Positions 63,960-64,000 of a stretch of 64,000 nt of DNA are shown here, piece by piece. The notes under the pieces are model-generated. The model had not been told where the DNA came from and did no database searches. It saw only the letters and a list, made by a program, of their open reading frames with translations. Made by a program: the position numbers and the translations under genes. Source of the DNA: the human T2T-CHM13v2.0 reference genome, Homo sapiens; NCBI RefSeq assembly GCF_009914755.1, contig NC_060945.1, one strand, 5' to 3'. Position 1 is the stretch's first letter, and each line of letters begins with the position of its first letter.

Positions 63960-64000
63960 CCGACTCGATGAGAGGCACCGGGCGTCGGGCGGACGACGGC
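63960..64000 (-). CDS. BRWD1: BRWD1 coding exon 1 (partial; ATG just outside the window)
   Basis: Encodes PSSARRPVPLIES plus 1 nt; donor G|GTAAGA at 63959. Confidence 0.93.

Larger units (their letters stand above)
62950..64000. promoter_or_regulatory. CpG island over BRWD1 exons 1-4 with GC boxes and CCAAT boxes
   Basis: Abrupt switch to very high GC and abundant CpG; GGGCGGGG at 62963-62970, GGCCAATCAG at 62983-62992. Confidence 0.9.

Overview
Primate (almost certainly human) genomic DNA lying entirely inside BRWD1 (WDR9; LisH/WD40/bromodomain protein), which is transcribed on the minus strand. I rebuilt 20 coding exons by hand, from 64000 (inside exon 1; the ATG should lie 8 nt beyond the window edge) down to 1315. 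All introns are GT-AG and the phases join into one open frame covering about aa 4-783: the LisH-like N-terminus, the WD40 propeller and a linker. The gene continues beyond position 1. The right end is a CpG island. The introns hold roughly 65 Alu bodies (about 46 plus, about 20 minus, counted by eye), old L1 fragments, MLT1 and ERV1-type LTRs, Tigger2/MER5/MER33 DNA transposons, a MIR and a tailless U2 snRNA retrocopy. Nearly all ORF-track entries are Alu or low-complexity artefacts. I found no new multi-gene system. The best leads are regulatory. They are a stop-containing cassette exon behind a (CT)n tract in intron 13, two weaker poison-exon candidates, and an intron-5 read-through giving a 120-aa LisH-only product. 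There are also several informative retrotransposition scars. Repeat boundaries and subfamily names are by-eye estimates.
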